DNA from: Chthoniobacterales bacterium | GTDB taxonomy: Bacteria > Verrucomicrobiota > Verrucomicrobiia > Chthoniobacterales > SZAS-18 | NCBI GenBank assembly: GCA_038322235.1 | Contig: JBBQFQ010000021.1 | Location: forward strand, 1 to 64,000 | Length of the DNA stretch: 64,000 nt | Direction: 5' to 3' | Shown here: piece by piece, positions 50,391 through 59,538 of the stretch | Position numbering within the stretch: the first letter of the stretch is position 1 | Layout: the number at the start of each line of letters is the position of its first letter | Notes under the pieces: generated by a model | Told to the model about the DNA's origin: nothing | What the model saw: only the letters and a program-made list of their open reading frames with translations | Databases searched by the model: none | Made by a program: the position numbers and the translations under genes

Positions 50391-50837
50391 TCATTCCAGA
50401 TACCGTTCCTTGAAGGGCACATCGGCCTTCTGGAGCAGCTCGATCAGTTCTTCGCGGAACGATTTTACGCGGTGGTGCTCCCCTTGATTCGCGATGTAAC
50501 GCTGAACGCCTTCGCGCGACGTCGCACCGACGGTGAAGGCGGCGTAACCTTCCTGCCACGTAAACTCCGTCAGGGCGGCCTTCTCGTGCATCCAGATCGA
50601 CGACGCCTTTTTCAGCTCGCACATGAAATCGGCGAGGCAGTGGGTCGCTTTCAAGCCGACGAGCAGGTGAACGTGGTCCGCCACTCCCCCAACGCCTTGG
50701 GGAAAGCCGCCGAGTCCGCGGATGGTGCCGCCCAGATATTCGTGGAGGCGGGCACCCAGCGGCGCTGCGATGAGCGGGGCCCGGTGCTTGACGCTGAAGA
50801 CGAGATGATAGTGGAGGCTCAGGTAGGTCGAAGACAT
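50391..50837 (-). CDS. REP-associated tyrosine transposase (RAYT; IS200/IS605 TnpA-like Y1 HUH transposase)
   Basis: 148 aa. HUH motif (DHVHLLVGL) and C-terminal Tyr region (WQEGYAAFTV). Flanked on both sides by REP units. Confidence 0.8.
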   Translation of the reverse strand: MSSTYLSLHYHLVFSVKHRAPLIAAPLGARLHEYLGGTIRGLGGFPQGVGGVADHVHLLVGLKATHCLADFMCELKKASSIWMHEKAALTEFTWQEGYAAFTVGATSREGVQRYIANQGEHHRVKSFREELIELLQKADVPFKERYLE

Positions 50838-50839
50838 GG

Positions 50840-50950
50840 GATCGGGTGACGGCGATGGGCTGGCACCCCTCCGGGGTGCGATGCGTATTGTGGATAATCA
50901 GGGGTGTCGCTCCGCTCAACCCCTGGCTAATGGCTGTCAGCCCTCCGGGC
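50840..50950. repeat. REP unit (direct orientation) on the 5' side of the RAYT gene
   Basis: GGGTGACGGCGATGGGCTGGCACCCCTCCGGGGTGCGATGCGTATTGTGGATAATCAGGGGTGTCGCTCCGCTCAACCCCTGGCTAATGGCTGTCAGCCCTCCGGGCTGG, about 90% identical to the unit at 49701-49813. Confidence 0.55.
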
Positions 50951-51060
50951 TGGATGAGGCAGCCTCCGGCGAGTGGTTGGGGGGGCCTCGCTTTCGCTTC
51001 GCAGCGGTGCCCTCTCGCGTCACGCGCCAACGTCGAGCATGTGATCGGGGTGACGGACTT

Positions 51061-51630
51061 CTCCGTCGCGGAACGGAACCGCGACATTGCGCCCGGTCTA
51101 CCCTCCGTCGCGGTGCTGGACTGCTCCGTCGCGGTTCGGAAGCGTGCCGTCGCACTGACTTTGGTCTCCGTCGCGGTTCTGGACCTCGCCGTCGCGGTTC
51201 GGAAGCACGCCGTTGCACTGACTTTGGTCTCCGGCGCGGTCGCGAACCTCGCCGTCGTGCTTCGGAAGCACGCCGTTGCACTGACTTTGGTCTCCGGCGC
51301 GTTTGCGAACCTCGCCGTCGCGGTTCGGAAGCGCGCCGTTGCGCTGACTTTGGTCTCCGGCGCGGTCGCGAACCTCGCCGTCGTGCTTCGGAAGCGCGCC
51401 GTTGCACTGATTTTGGTATCCGTCGCGGTTCTGGACCTCGCCGTCGCGGTTCGGAAGCGCGCCGTTGCGCTGAATTTGGTCTCCTTCGCGGTCGCGGATC
51501 GCTCCGTCGCAGTGGGGAAGCGTGCCGCCGCACTGACTTTGCTCTCCACCCCACTGACCGCGCTCTCCCGCGAGTCGGCTGACCTCTCGGCTGCAGCCGG
51601 GAAGCGCGCCGTTGCACCGACTTTCGTCTC
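51061..51630. repeat. 63-bp tandem repeat, about 9 copies
   Basis: Unit CTCGCCGTCGCGGTTCGGAAGCACGCCGTTGCACTGACTTTGGTCTCCGGCGCGGTCGCGAAC with few substitutions per copy. Open in three frames, so coding strand is undetermined. Confidence 0.8.
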
Positions 51631-51751
51631 CGTCGCGCTGCCGCTCCACTCCTGCGCGGCGGCGGACCTCTCCCGCGCGCCGCGGATTCACGGCGTTGCG
51701 GTGGCTCAGCGCGTCATCCGCCCGCCCGAGTGCTTTGACGGGCTGGCGCAC
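51098..51751 (-). CDS. possible repeat protein (21-aa units GDQSQCNG[A/V]LP[N/K][R/H]DGEV[R/Q][D/N]RA) encoded by the 63-bp tandem array
   Basis: Of the three open frames over the array, this minus-strand frame gives the most protein-like hydrophilic repeat with invariant Cys/Gly/Pro/Asp. The other two are Ala/Val/Leu or Ala/Thr/Arg low-complexity. No signal peptide, no homology recognised. Confidence 0.25.
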   Translation of the reverse strand: MRQPVKALGRADDALSHRNAVNPRRAGEVRRRAGVERQRDGDESRCNGALPGCSREVSRLAGERGQWGGEQSQCGGTLPHCDGAIRDREGDQIQRNGALPNRDGEVQNRDGYQNQCNGALPKHDGEVRDRAGDQSQRNGALPNRDGEVRKRAGDQSQCNGVLPKHDGEVRDRAGDQSQCNGVLPNRDGEVQNRDGDQSQCDGTLPNRDGAVQHRDGG

Positions 51752-51828
51752 CGCTTCGCCGTGCGACGGCTGAGTGTCGTCGGCGAGCCCGACTGATCAC
51801 GCGTGATCGACCACTCAAATCACCGCAC

Positions 51829-51863
51829 GAAAAAGGCGGGCGCCTCTTGCGAGACGCCCGCCT
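51829..51863 (-). terminator. rho-independent terminator for the minus-strand gene 51909..52382
   Basis: On the minus strand: GGCGGGCGTCTC-GCAA-GAGGCGCCCGCC (11/12-bp stem) followed by TTTTTCG. Confidence 0.5.
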
Positions 51864-51908
51864 GGATTCCGTCGCTTCCCGGTCTTGGCCCGGGCGCGGT
51901 GGTCGCGC

Positions 51909-52382
51909 CTACGACGCCGGCTTCGGGGGCGTCTCGCGACCTGCGACGGGCGCCGGGCCGGGCGTGGGCGCTGGATCCGAACGCCGACGGAAGCGCCGGG
52001 CGGCGCGGTCGAGCTGTTCTTTCAGCGCCGGATTCGCCTGACGCTGGTGGAAGCGGAGGGCGCTGTAGGCGGCTCCGACCTTGCCCAGGAGCTGCGAGGT
52101 GACGGTGACGGAGGCGCCGGAAATCTGGCCCATCACGACCTCCATGGCAGCGCGCGTCTCGAGCAGGCACGCTTGCACGGCCTCCTGCTCGGTGATCGCC
52201 TCGCTGCTCGCGGCAGGGGGAACCGCCTCCGCGTTGAGGGCCGCGAGCTCTTTGATGCGGATGTTGAAGTCCGAGTCACGGGCCGTCAGGCTCCGGTAGC
52301 GTCGGCGCTGGGACGACGGAATCACCGGGAATCCGTCGGCAAGCGCACTCACCTCGGCGATGAGCCGGGCGATCGCCCGCAC
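51909..52382 (-). CDS. hypothetical protein (157 aa)
   Basis: ORF with a dedicated intrinsic terminator 45 nt downstream. Amphipathic helical composition. No domain recognised. Confidence 0.4.
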   Translation of the reverse strand: MRAIARLIAEVSALADGFPVIPSSQRRRYRSLTARDSDFNIRIKELAALNAEAVPPAASSEAITEQEAVQACLLETRAAMEVVMGQISGASVTVTSQLLGKVGAAYSALRFHQRQANPALKEQLDRAARRFRRRSDPAPTPGPAPVAGRETPPKPAS

Positions 52383-52789
52383 GCGCTCGAGCGTGACACC
52401 GCTCTCGTTCGTCGCCGGATTGCGAGCGGAGACGGGGTTGGGGTGGGGGTTGACCGAGGCGTTGAGGGCAACGTTCGGGGTGACAGTTCCGTCGTGACCG
52501 ACGGAAGCGGCTGTTGCCGCACTGGGTTGGATGGTCGAGTTATCGAATGGGAGTTGTTTTTTCTAGTTGGTTTTTTACTACCTGATCCCAGTCCTCCAAG
52601 GGAAGGACCGAGGGTGAATGCCACCGGGGGTGACGCGTTCAGAAATATCGTGTTCTGAAGAACGCGACAAGAGAAAAATGACGGGAGATCGGAAAGAGAA
52701 TTCGGCCCGCGCCTCCCGAGCGCCGATCTTCCGCAAGATCGATGGGGGCTCTCCTTGCACCGCTGCCGGGGGCGGGGAGAGTCAGGTCG

Positions 52790-53551
52790 ATGCAAACGGG
52801 TGCCATCGACGCTTCGCCTCCCGCGCGAGCGGACGGGGCGGGCGCGGGTGAGCCTCTGTTCCGGGCCCGCGATTTGACCAAGGTCTATGCCAGCGGCGCG
52901 GGCGAGGTGCGGGCGCTCGACGGGATCGACCTGGACCTCTTCGGGGGCGAGTTTGTCGTCCTGCTCGGCGCGTCCGGGAGCGGAAAGTCCACCCTCCTCA
53001 ACATCCTCGGCGGACTGGACATCCCAAACTCCGGAACGCTGCAATACCGGGACCTCGATCTGACCGGGGCGGACGAAGCCGAACTCACCGCCTACCGGCG
53101 CGATTCTGTCGGCTTCGTCTTCCAGTTCTACAACCTCATTCCGAGCCTCACCAGCCGGGAGAACGTCGAACTCATCACCGACATTTCGCGGGATCCCATG
53201 ACCCCGGAGGCCGCGCTCGAACTCGTCGATCTGAGCGACCGACTCGACCATTTTCCGTCGCAGCTCTCCGGCGGCGAGCAGCAGCGGGTGGCGATCGCGC
53301 GGGCCATCGCCAAGCGTCCGGAGGTGCTGCTTTGCGATGAGCCCACGGGCGCCCTCGACGTGCGCACGGGCATCCACGTGCTCGAGGCGATCGAGCGGGT
53401 GAACCGGGAGTTGGGCACCCTGACGGTCGTGATCACCCATAACGCGATCATCGCCGACATGGCGGATCGGGTGATCCAGCTTTCGGACGGCCACATCATC
53501 GACACCCAGCGCAATCCCACCCGCCGCGCTGCAAGCACCCTCGCGTGGTGA
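52790..53551 (+). CDS. ABC transporter ATP-binding protein (MacB/LolD-like)
   Basis: Walker [11 protein letters not shown]-loop, signature [14 protein letters not shown], Walker [13 protein letters not shown]-loop ITHN. The ATG at 52742 is an alternative start. Confidence 0.9.
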   Translation: MQTGAIDASPPARADGAGAGEPLFRARDLTKVYASGAGEVRALDGIDLDLFGGEFVVLLGASGSGKSTLLNILGGLDIPNSGTLQYRDLDLTGADEAELTAYRRDSVGFVFQFYNLIPSLTSRENVELITDISRDPMTPEAALELVDLSDRLDHFPSQLSGGEQQRVAIARAIAKRPEVLLCDEPTGALDVRTGIHVLEAIERVNRELGTLTVVITHNAIIADMADRVIQLSDGHIIDTQRNPTRRAASTLAW

Positions 53552-55917
53552 GAATCCGACCGCTCGATCGGAAGCTGCTTCGCGACCTCGCGCGCATGCG
53601 CGGGCAGATGATCGCCACGGCGGTGGTGATGGCCTGCGGGCTGGCGATGATGATCATGGCGCGCAGTCTGATCCTCTCGCTCGAAAAGACGCAGGAGGAG
53701 TATTACGCCCGGCATCGGTTCGCCGATGTCTTTGCCGATCTGAAGCGCGCTCCGAACGCCCTGCGAGCCCGGCTCGCAAAGATCCCGGGAGTGGCCGCGG
53801 TCGAGACGCGGGTGGTGGGCAATGTGACGCTGGAGCTCCCCGGCCAGCGCGAGCCGGCCGATGGATTGATTCATTCTCTGCCCGAGGGCCGCGCGCTGCA
53901 ATTGCACCAGCTGTACCTGCGGCGGGGGCGTCTCCCGGAGGCCGGCAGCCGGGGCGAAGTGGTGGTGGGGGAGGCGTTCGCGCAGGCCCATGGGTTTCAG
54001 CCGGGCCACACGATCGATGGCGTGATCCACGGCGCCCGCCAGCGGCTGAAGATCGTGGGGATCGCCCTTTCACCGGAGTTCGTGTTCGAGGCGCGACCGG
54101 GCGATACGCTGCCGGACAACAAGCGCTTCGGCGTGTTTTGGATGAACGAGCGCGAACTCGCGGTGGCGTTCGAACTGGACGGCGCCTTCAATAACGTGCT
54201 GATCGATCTGGCCCCGGGCGGCGTGCCCCGCTCCGTCATGGCCGAGGTCGATCGCCTGCTTTTGCCCTACGGTGGACTGGTCGCGTACGGCCGGCGCGAT
54301 CATCCCTCGGCTTCGCGCCTCGAGGACGAGATCCGGATTCTCGGCTCCATTTCGGTCGCCTTTCCGGCCGTCTTTCTCACCATCGCGGCCTTCATGAGCA
54401 GCGCCGTGCTCAGCCGGCTCATCCGGCTGCAACGCGAACAGATCGCGCAGCTCAAGGCGTTCGGTTATTCCTCGCGGGCCGTGGGCGTGCACTACCTGAA
54501 GTTCGCGGTCGTCATCGTGGCTGGTGCCACCCTGCTCGGCGGCACGGCGGGGACCCTTCTCGGCACGGCGGTGGTGCAGGTGTACCACAGGTTCTTCAAG
54601 TTCCCGGAGCTCTTCTTTCATCCGCACTGGGCGATGATCGGAGTCGCCTTCGTCGTGAGCGCCCTCGCGGCGTTCGCCGGGGTGATCGGCGCCGTGCGGG
54701 AGGCGGTACGTCTGCCCCCCGCCGAGGCGATGCGGCCAGAGCCGCCCGCCCGATACCGCGTTTCCCTCCTGGAGCGCCTTGGCCTCTCGCATCTGGTCAG
54801 CACGAGCTTTCGAATGGCGTTGCGGAACATCGAGCGACGGCCGTGGCAGTCGGCCTTTACCGCCTTCGGTCTGGCGCTGGCGACCGGAATTCCCATCGTG
54901 CCGGGCGCCATGCGGGATGGCATCGGCCACTTGCTTTCCGCGCAATGGGACCGCGCAGAGCGGCAGGACGTGACGATCGCCTTGCGCGAGCCGGGATCCG
55001 CCACCGCGCTGGCGGAAATGCGATCGCTCCCCGGGGTGCAGCTCGCCGAACCCTTCCGCAGCGTGCCGGTCCGCCTGCGCTTCGAGCATCGCTCCCGCCG
55101 GCTCGTCGTGACGGGATTGCCGGCGGATGCGTACCTCAAGCAATTGCTCGATGCCAGCGAACGCGCGGTCGCGCTGCCCCCCGAGGGTCTGCTCATTTCC
55201 GCGAAGCTCGCGGAGGTGCTGGGAGCGAAGCCAGGGGACAAGCTGCTCGTGGAGGTCCAGGAGGGTCGCCGGCCGCAACTCGAAGTGACGCTGCAGGCCA
55301 CCCTCACCGACTACTCCGGGCTCCTCGCCTACATGGAAGTGGGAGCGCTGCGCCGACTGATGCGGGAAGGTGAGACGGTGAGCGGGGCCTTTCTCACGGT
55401 GGATCACGCGCACTGGGACCAGTTCCTCGCCGCGGTCCGAATCGCGCCGCGGATCGCCGCGTTGTCGATCAAGAACAGCGTCCGGAAGAGTTTCCAGACA
55501 ACCACCGCGGACATGATCGGGATGATTACCAACATCTACTTCGGCTTCGCCTTCATCGTGTCCTTCGGCGTAGTGTACAACAGTGCGCGCATCGCGCTGA
55601 GCGAGCGCAACCGGGAGCTGGCCACCCTGCGCGTGGTGGGGTTCACCCAACGCGAGGTGGCGGGGGTGCTGCTGAGCGAGCTCGCGGTTCTCACGGTCAT
55701 CGCCCTGCCGTTCGGCCTCGTGATCGGTTCCCAGATGGCCGCGGGCATCATCCACACCGCCAGCACGGAAGCGGTCCGCCTCCCGCTCGTCCTCACGCCG
55801 GCCACGTTCGCCATGGCGGTCGTGGTCGTGCTAGTATCCTCCACTTTCTCCTTCGCGCTCGTGAGCCGTCGCATCCAGCACCTCGACCTCGTGGGCGTCC
55901 TGAAAGCACTCGACTGA
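53545..55917 (+). CDS. ABC transporter permease with duplicated FtsX/MacB-type membrane domains
   Basis: 790 aa. Two 4-TM FtsX-like modules, each preceded by a large periplasmic domain. GTG start overlapping the ATPase stop by 7 nt. Confidence 0.85.
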   Translation: MVRIRPLDRKLLRDLARMRGQMIATAVVMACGLAMMIMARSLILSLEKTQEEYYARHRFADVFADLKRAPNALRARLAKIPGVAAVETRVVGNVTLELPGQREPADGLIHSLPEGRALQLHQLYLRRGRLPEAGSRGEVVVGEAFAQAHGFQPGHTIDGVIHGARQRLKIVGIALSPEFVFEARPGDTLPDNKRFGVFWMNERELAVAFELDGAFNNVLIDLAPGGVPRSVMAEVDRLLLPYGGLVAYGRRDHPSASRLEDEIRILGSISVAFPAVFLTIAAFMSSAVLSRLIRLQREQIAQLKAFGYSSRAVGVHYLKFAVVIVAGATLLGGTAGTLLGTAVVQVYHRFFKFPELFFHPHWAMIGVAFVVSALAAFAGVIGAVREAVRLPPAEAMRPEPPARYRVSLLERLGLSHLVSTSFRMALRNIERRPWQSAFTAFGLALATGIPIVPGAMRDGIGHLLSAQWDRAERQDVTIALREPGSATALAEMRSLPGVQLAEPFRSVPVRLRFEHRSRRLVVTGLPADAYLKQLLDASERAVALPPEGLLISAKLAEVLGAKPGDKLLVEVQEGRRPQLEVTLQATLTDYSGLLAYMEVGALRRLMREGETVSGAFLTVDHAHWDQFLAAVRIAPRIAALSIKNSVRKSFQTTTADMIGMITNIYFGFAFIVSFGVVYNSARIALSERNRELATLRVVGFTQREVAGVLLSELAVLTVIALPFGLVIGSQMAAGIIHTASTEAVRLPLVLTPATFAMAVVVVLVSSTFSFALVSRRIQHLDLVGVLKALD

Positions 55918-57182
55918 TGAAAGCAGATTCCCGCTCCGAACGAGTCGCGCCGCCGACCGGACCGGCCTCGCGGCGTCCCGCCCGCTCCCGCCGGAATCCG
56001 TACCTGCGCTATCTCGTCGGGGGCGCGGTGCTGCTCGCGTTGTATCTCGCCTTGCGGCCCCGGGCCTTGGAGGTCGAAATCGCGGAGGCAAAGCTCGGCC
56101 CGCTGACGGTGTCGGTCTTCGAGGAAGGCAAGACCCGCATTCGCCAGCGCTACGTCGTTTCGCCGCCGGTGGCGGGTTACCTCCAGCGCATCGAGCACCG
56201 GGCGGGCGCCCGCATCGAGGTCGGGAAAACCGTTCTCGCCACGCTGACGCCCGAGCCGTCCAGCTTCCTCAATCCGCGTTCCCACGCGGAGGCGGAGGCG
56301 CGCGTCCAGATGGCGGAGGCCACCCGGCAGCAGCGCGCGGCCCAGCTCGAGCGCGCCGAGGCCGCCCGCGGGCTGGCGGATCGCGATCTGGGGCGGGCCC
56401 GCGAACTGAAGAAGTCTGGAGCGATTTCCGTCAAGGATCTGGATGCCTCCGAGAATCAAGCGGCCATCCTCGAGCGCGAGCAGAGCATGATGGTGTTTGG
56501 CGTCCGCACCGCCGAGTTTGAACTTGCCCAGGCCCAGGCGGCCTTGATGCAGACGCAAAACCCGACCTCGGCGGACGGCAGCGTCCCGCCGCTGCAGATC
56601 GTGGCGCCGGTGGACGGCGTGATTCTAAAGGTCTTCGAGGAAAGTGCCCGCGTGGTCACGCCCGGAACGCCGCTGCTCGAGGTCGGCGATCCCACGGATC
56701 TCGAGGCGGAGATCGATCTGCTGTCCTCTGACGCCGCCGCCGTCCGGCCGGGCGCGGACGTGTCGATCGAACAATGGGGCGGCGATCGCCCGCTCCGGGG
56801 CCGCGTGACGACGGTCGAGCCGGGTGGATTCACCAAAGTTTCGTCGCTGGGAGTGGAGGAGCAGCGCGTCAAGGTCCGGGTCGATTTCGTGGAGCAGCCG
56901 CCTGCGGGATATCGCATCGGCGACCGGTTTCGGGTCGAGGCCCGCATCGTTACCTGGCACGGTCCAGAGGTCCTGCAGATCCCGGCCGGGGCGTTGTTTC
57001 GCAGGGGGAACGATTGGATGACGTTTACCGTGGTCAGCGGCACGGCGCGCCGGCGACGCGTCGAGGTGGGCCATCTCAACGGCGTGGCCGCGGAGGTGAC
57101 GGGCGGGCTCGAGCGGGGGCAGTCCGTGGTGGTGCATCCGCCCGATGCGCTGGAGGAAGGCGCGAGAGTCCGCGCGAGGTAG
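55917..57182 (+). CDS. HlyD-family membrane-fusion (periplasmic adaptor) protein
   Basis: N-terminal TM anchor, long coiled-coil hairpin (QQRAAQLERAEAARGLADRDL...), beta-barrel/lipoyl C-terminus. Start overlaps the permease stop (TGATG). Confidence 0.85.
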   Translation: MKADSRSERVAPPTGPASRRPARSRRNPYLRYLVGGAVLLALYLALRPRALEVEIAEAKLGPLTVSVFEEGKTRIRQRYVVSPPVAGYLQRIEHRAGARIEVGKTVLATLTPEPSSFLNPRSHAEAEARVQMAEATRQQRAAQLERAEAARGLADRDLGRARELKKSGAISVKDLDASENQAAILEREQSMMVFGVRTAEFELAQAQAALMQTQNPTSADGSVPPLQIVAPVDGVILKVFEESARVVTPGTPLLEVGDPTDLEAEIDLLSSDAAAVRPGADVSIEQWGGDRPLRGRVTTVEPGGFTKVSSLGVEEQRVKVRVDFVEQPPAGYRIGDRFRVEARIVTWHGPEVLQIPAGALFRRGNDWMTFTVVSGTARRRRVEVGHLNGVAAEVTGGLERGQSVVVHPPDALEEGARVRAR

Positions 57183-57415
57183 TACCTGAACGTCATTGGC
57201 GCCGGCCGCAGCGCACGATAACTGATCCGAATGCGACCAAGAAATCGTGCGGCGACTACGACCTCGAACTGTGAGCCACGCGTAGCCGTCGTATGCGGAA
57301 TGACCCCAATCAGCGCGCGGTCTGCATCAGCGTATGGAAGGCTGATGACGAGCGCGGGGCGAACCTTCGCCGTGACACCGAAATCTACCTGCCAAACCTC
57401 ACCCCGCTCAGGCAC
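57183..57415 (-). CDS. PemK/MazF-like toxin, N-terminal half only recognisable (possibly truncated or degenerate)
   Basis: From a GTG 8 nt inside the antitoxin 3' end: MPERGEVWQVDFGVTAKVRPALVISLPYADADRALIGVIPHTTATRGSQFEVVV matches the MazF/Kid N-terminal barrel (GEIWWVDL...RPALVVS...VVPLTS). The expected C-terminal DQ-R-ID region is absent and the frame runs without a stop into the antisense of hlyD. End coordinate is arbitrary (the hlyD stop). Confidence 0.35.
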
Positions 57416-57593
57416 GCCGCGCTTCCTCCTCGTCCAACGCGTGAAAGGCAGCTGCAGCAAGGGCGGTAAAATCGTCGTCGGTCAGGTCGTCGGACATGGG
57501 CGTGTGCTCGACGATATGGCGACGGAGCTCGACCCGCTCAGAAAGAGAGAGATGCTCTACTTCGTCGATGATGTGGGCAACGGCTGACGTCAT
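57408..57593 (-). CDS. small acidic putative antitoxin (61 aa)
   Basis: MTSAVAHIIDEVEHLSLSERVELRRHIVEHT...DDLTDDDFTALAAAAFHALDEEEARRA: a helical, acidic, addiction-module-component-like protein. 3' end overlapped by the MazF-like ORF. Confidence 0.5.
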   Translation of the reverse strand: MTSAVAHIIDEVEHLSLSERVELRRHIVEHTPMSDDLTDDDFTALAAAAFHALDEEEARRA

Positions 57594-57765
57594 TCGGGAT
57601 CGTTATCGATAAGGAGGCGTGCGACAAGCACCTTCACCCCCTCAAGCTGCGAAATCGATTCCCGCGAAGCGGGCAGGCCGCCAAAGCCGACGGCTCAACC
57701 GTCGCGCAGCGAAGATCGAGCCCGCGCGCTCGCCGATCCGGACTTTCCCCGCCGCGCGGCTGCGC

Positions 57766-59463
57766 TTAAGCCAGTGAATCCAGCAGTCGGACGAAGAGGC
57801 GGCGGTGCTGGTTTTTCGCCCGGAGGGCTGCGCGGTATTCCTCGAAGGCCTCACGGCGGCCGAGGCGTTCCATGATGCGGCGGACGCGGGCCAGATGCTC
57901 GGCCGCTTCGCGATAGGATGCGCCGGATCCGGCCTCGACGCAGGCCTCGGTGGCCCGGCGGAAGATCGCCAGCGCCTCGGCGGGATCGCGCGTCTCGCGT
58001 TGGTCAGCGAGCCGCAGCCACCAATGAGGAGCGCATTCCCGGACCTTCGCCTCCTCCCACGCTTCGTCGGCGCGGTCTTCGGCGAGCAGCAGTTCCACGA
58101 GCAGGCTGCCATCGCTACCGCTGCCGGCGGGACGCGTGCGGAGATGGGCAAGGGCGCGCTCGACGGCGGCGCCCTCGGGCTCCCCGGCTTGCGACGCGTG
58201 CGACTTCAACTGCCGGAAGGTGCGCAAGGAGGGTTGCGCGGCGAAACGCTCCCAGGCGATCGCCATCGCCTCCTTCGAACGACCGGTCTCGTGGTAAAGA
58301 TCCGCGAGCAACTCGCGCAGGGAATCGCCCTGTCCCGGCCGGGCGCGAAACGCTTCCCAACCGCGCTCGGCCCAGGTGATGGCCTCGAGCGTGCGGCCGC
58401 GGCGGTGGTAGCCTTCGGCGATCGCAAGGAAATCGTGCGCGGTGGAGAGATCCCGTGACTTGATCTCGACGATGGCGTGCCAGTCATCGGCCGTGACGGC
58501 GATACGCTCCATGAGAGCCGTGATCTGCACCCGGCGTTGCTCGATCGAGGCGGGTCGATCGCCCGGCCCGAGCGGCAGCAGCGCCCGCCACTCGAGATCG
58601 AGGGCGTGGGCATAAGCACGGACGCCCTCCGGGCCGAGCACGGTCGCGTAGGTGGTGGCGGCGTCGCGGAAATTTCCGAGCGCACTCTCGATCTCGGATT
58701 TCAACAGCCGCGTGGCGAGCGAGACGGGTTCCGGCTTCGCGGTCCGGCAGGCGCGGAGATGCCAGGTGTGGAGCAGTTGCCAGAGATCGCTCAACGCCGG
58801 ATCGCCGAAGTCGACGAGTTCCGTGACCTTGTCCATCTCCGCGAGCGTGTACTCACAGAGTTCCACGCCCAGGGCGGCCCCGGCCGGCCCGCCCTCGATA
58901 ACGGCCTCGAGGGGCTGCAACACTTCCTCGATGCCCTGGGAGTAGTCGGGGATGGCATCGTAATCGATGTACTCCTTCGTGGCGATTGCCTCGCGAATGA
59001 GCTTTTTCCATTGCACCGTCTCCGGCACGGGCCGGGCTTCCTTGATCGCCTGCTCGAGCGTGAGCCGGCGGCGCAGAATGGAATCGTAATCCGTGGCTTC
59101 GACAACCAGTTCCTCGAGCCGTTCGCGCGGGAGCGAAGCGAGGTAGCGGCGGAGGGGATCGGGCTTCGAGGGATGGAGATCGCCCGAGAGCCAGATGAGG
59201 CCCACCGCGACGCTGTGCTTGCAGAACCGGCCGTCGCGGCCGGTCGGACATTCGCACGAGTACTCCACCGAGCCGCCGGGTTGGGACCAGAGCCGCACCT
59301 TGTACGGGCGCTGACCGAGGACGCGGGCCGAGGCGGAGCGGCCCTCGACGCGGAAGCTCCGCACCCGGCCGTCTTGGAAGTACTCCTCGCCTTTGGCGAA
59401 CGCTTTGTCCCCGGCCCACTCGCGGAGAGATTCGCGGGAAAAAAGTTCCTTCGGTGCAGCCAT
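57766..59463 (-). CDS. SWIM zinc-finger domain protein
   Basis: SWIM CxC..CxH signature (YSCECPTGRDGRFCKHSVAV) about 80 aa from the N-terminus, then a long helical region. Start set at MAAPKELF. Confidence 0.75.
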   Translation of the reverse strand: MAAPKELFSRESLREWAGDKAFAKGEEYFQDGRVRSFRVEGRSASARVLGQRPYKVRLWSQPGGSVEYSCECPTGRDGRFCKHSVAVGLIWLSGDLHPSKPDPLRRYLASLPRERLEELVVEATDYDSILRRRLTLEQAIKEARPVPETVQWKKLIREAIATKEYIDYDAIPDYSQGIEEVLQPLEAVIEGGPAGAALGVELCEYTLAEMDKVTELVDFGDPALSDLWQLLHTWHLRACRTAKPEPVSLATRLLKSEIESALGNFRDAATTYATVLGPEGVRAYAHALDLEWRALLPLGPGDRPASIEQRRVQITALMERIAVTADDWHAIVEIKSRDLSTAHDFLAIAEGYHRRGRTLEAITWAERGWEAFRARPGQGDSLRELLADLYHETGRSKEAMAIAWERFAAQPSLRTFRQLKSHASQAGEPEGAAVERALAHLRTRPAGSGSDGSLLVELLLAEDRADEAWEEAKVRECAPHWWLRLADQRETRDPAEALAIFRRATEACVEAGSGASYREAAEHLARVRRIMERLGRREAFEEYRAALRAKNQHRRLFVRLLDSLA

Positions 59464-59538
59464 CGTCGGGGCAGAGGATAGCGCCGGATCCCGGCAGGGC
59501 AACGCGGCAGACGCGCACGCTCCGGTCTCAGGGCAGGC

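Noticed and set aside
51061-51630. Regularly spaced 63-bp repeats considered as a possible CRISPR array.
   Set aside because: The units are contiguous with no unique spacers between them, there is no cas gene, and the repeat is not palindromic. This is a tandem (VNTR-like or coding) repeat, not CRISPR.
50846-51796. 316-aa plus-strand ORF starting inside the REP unit.
   Set aside because: Its N-terminus is simply the translation of the REP palindrome (also produced at 49697 in another ORF). A real start there is implausible, and only the tandem-array part is ambiguous.
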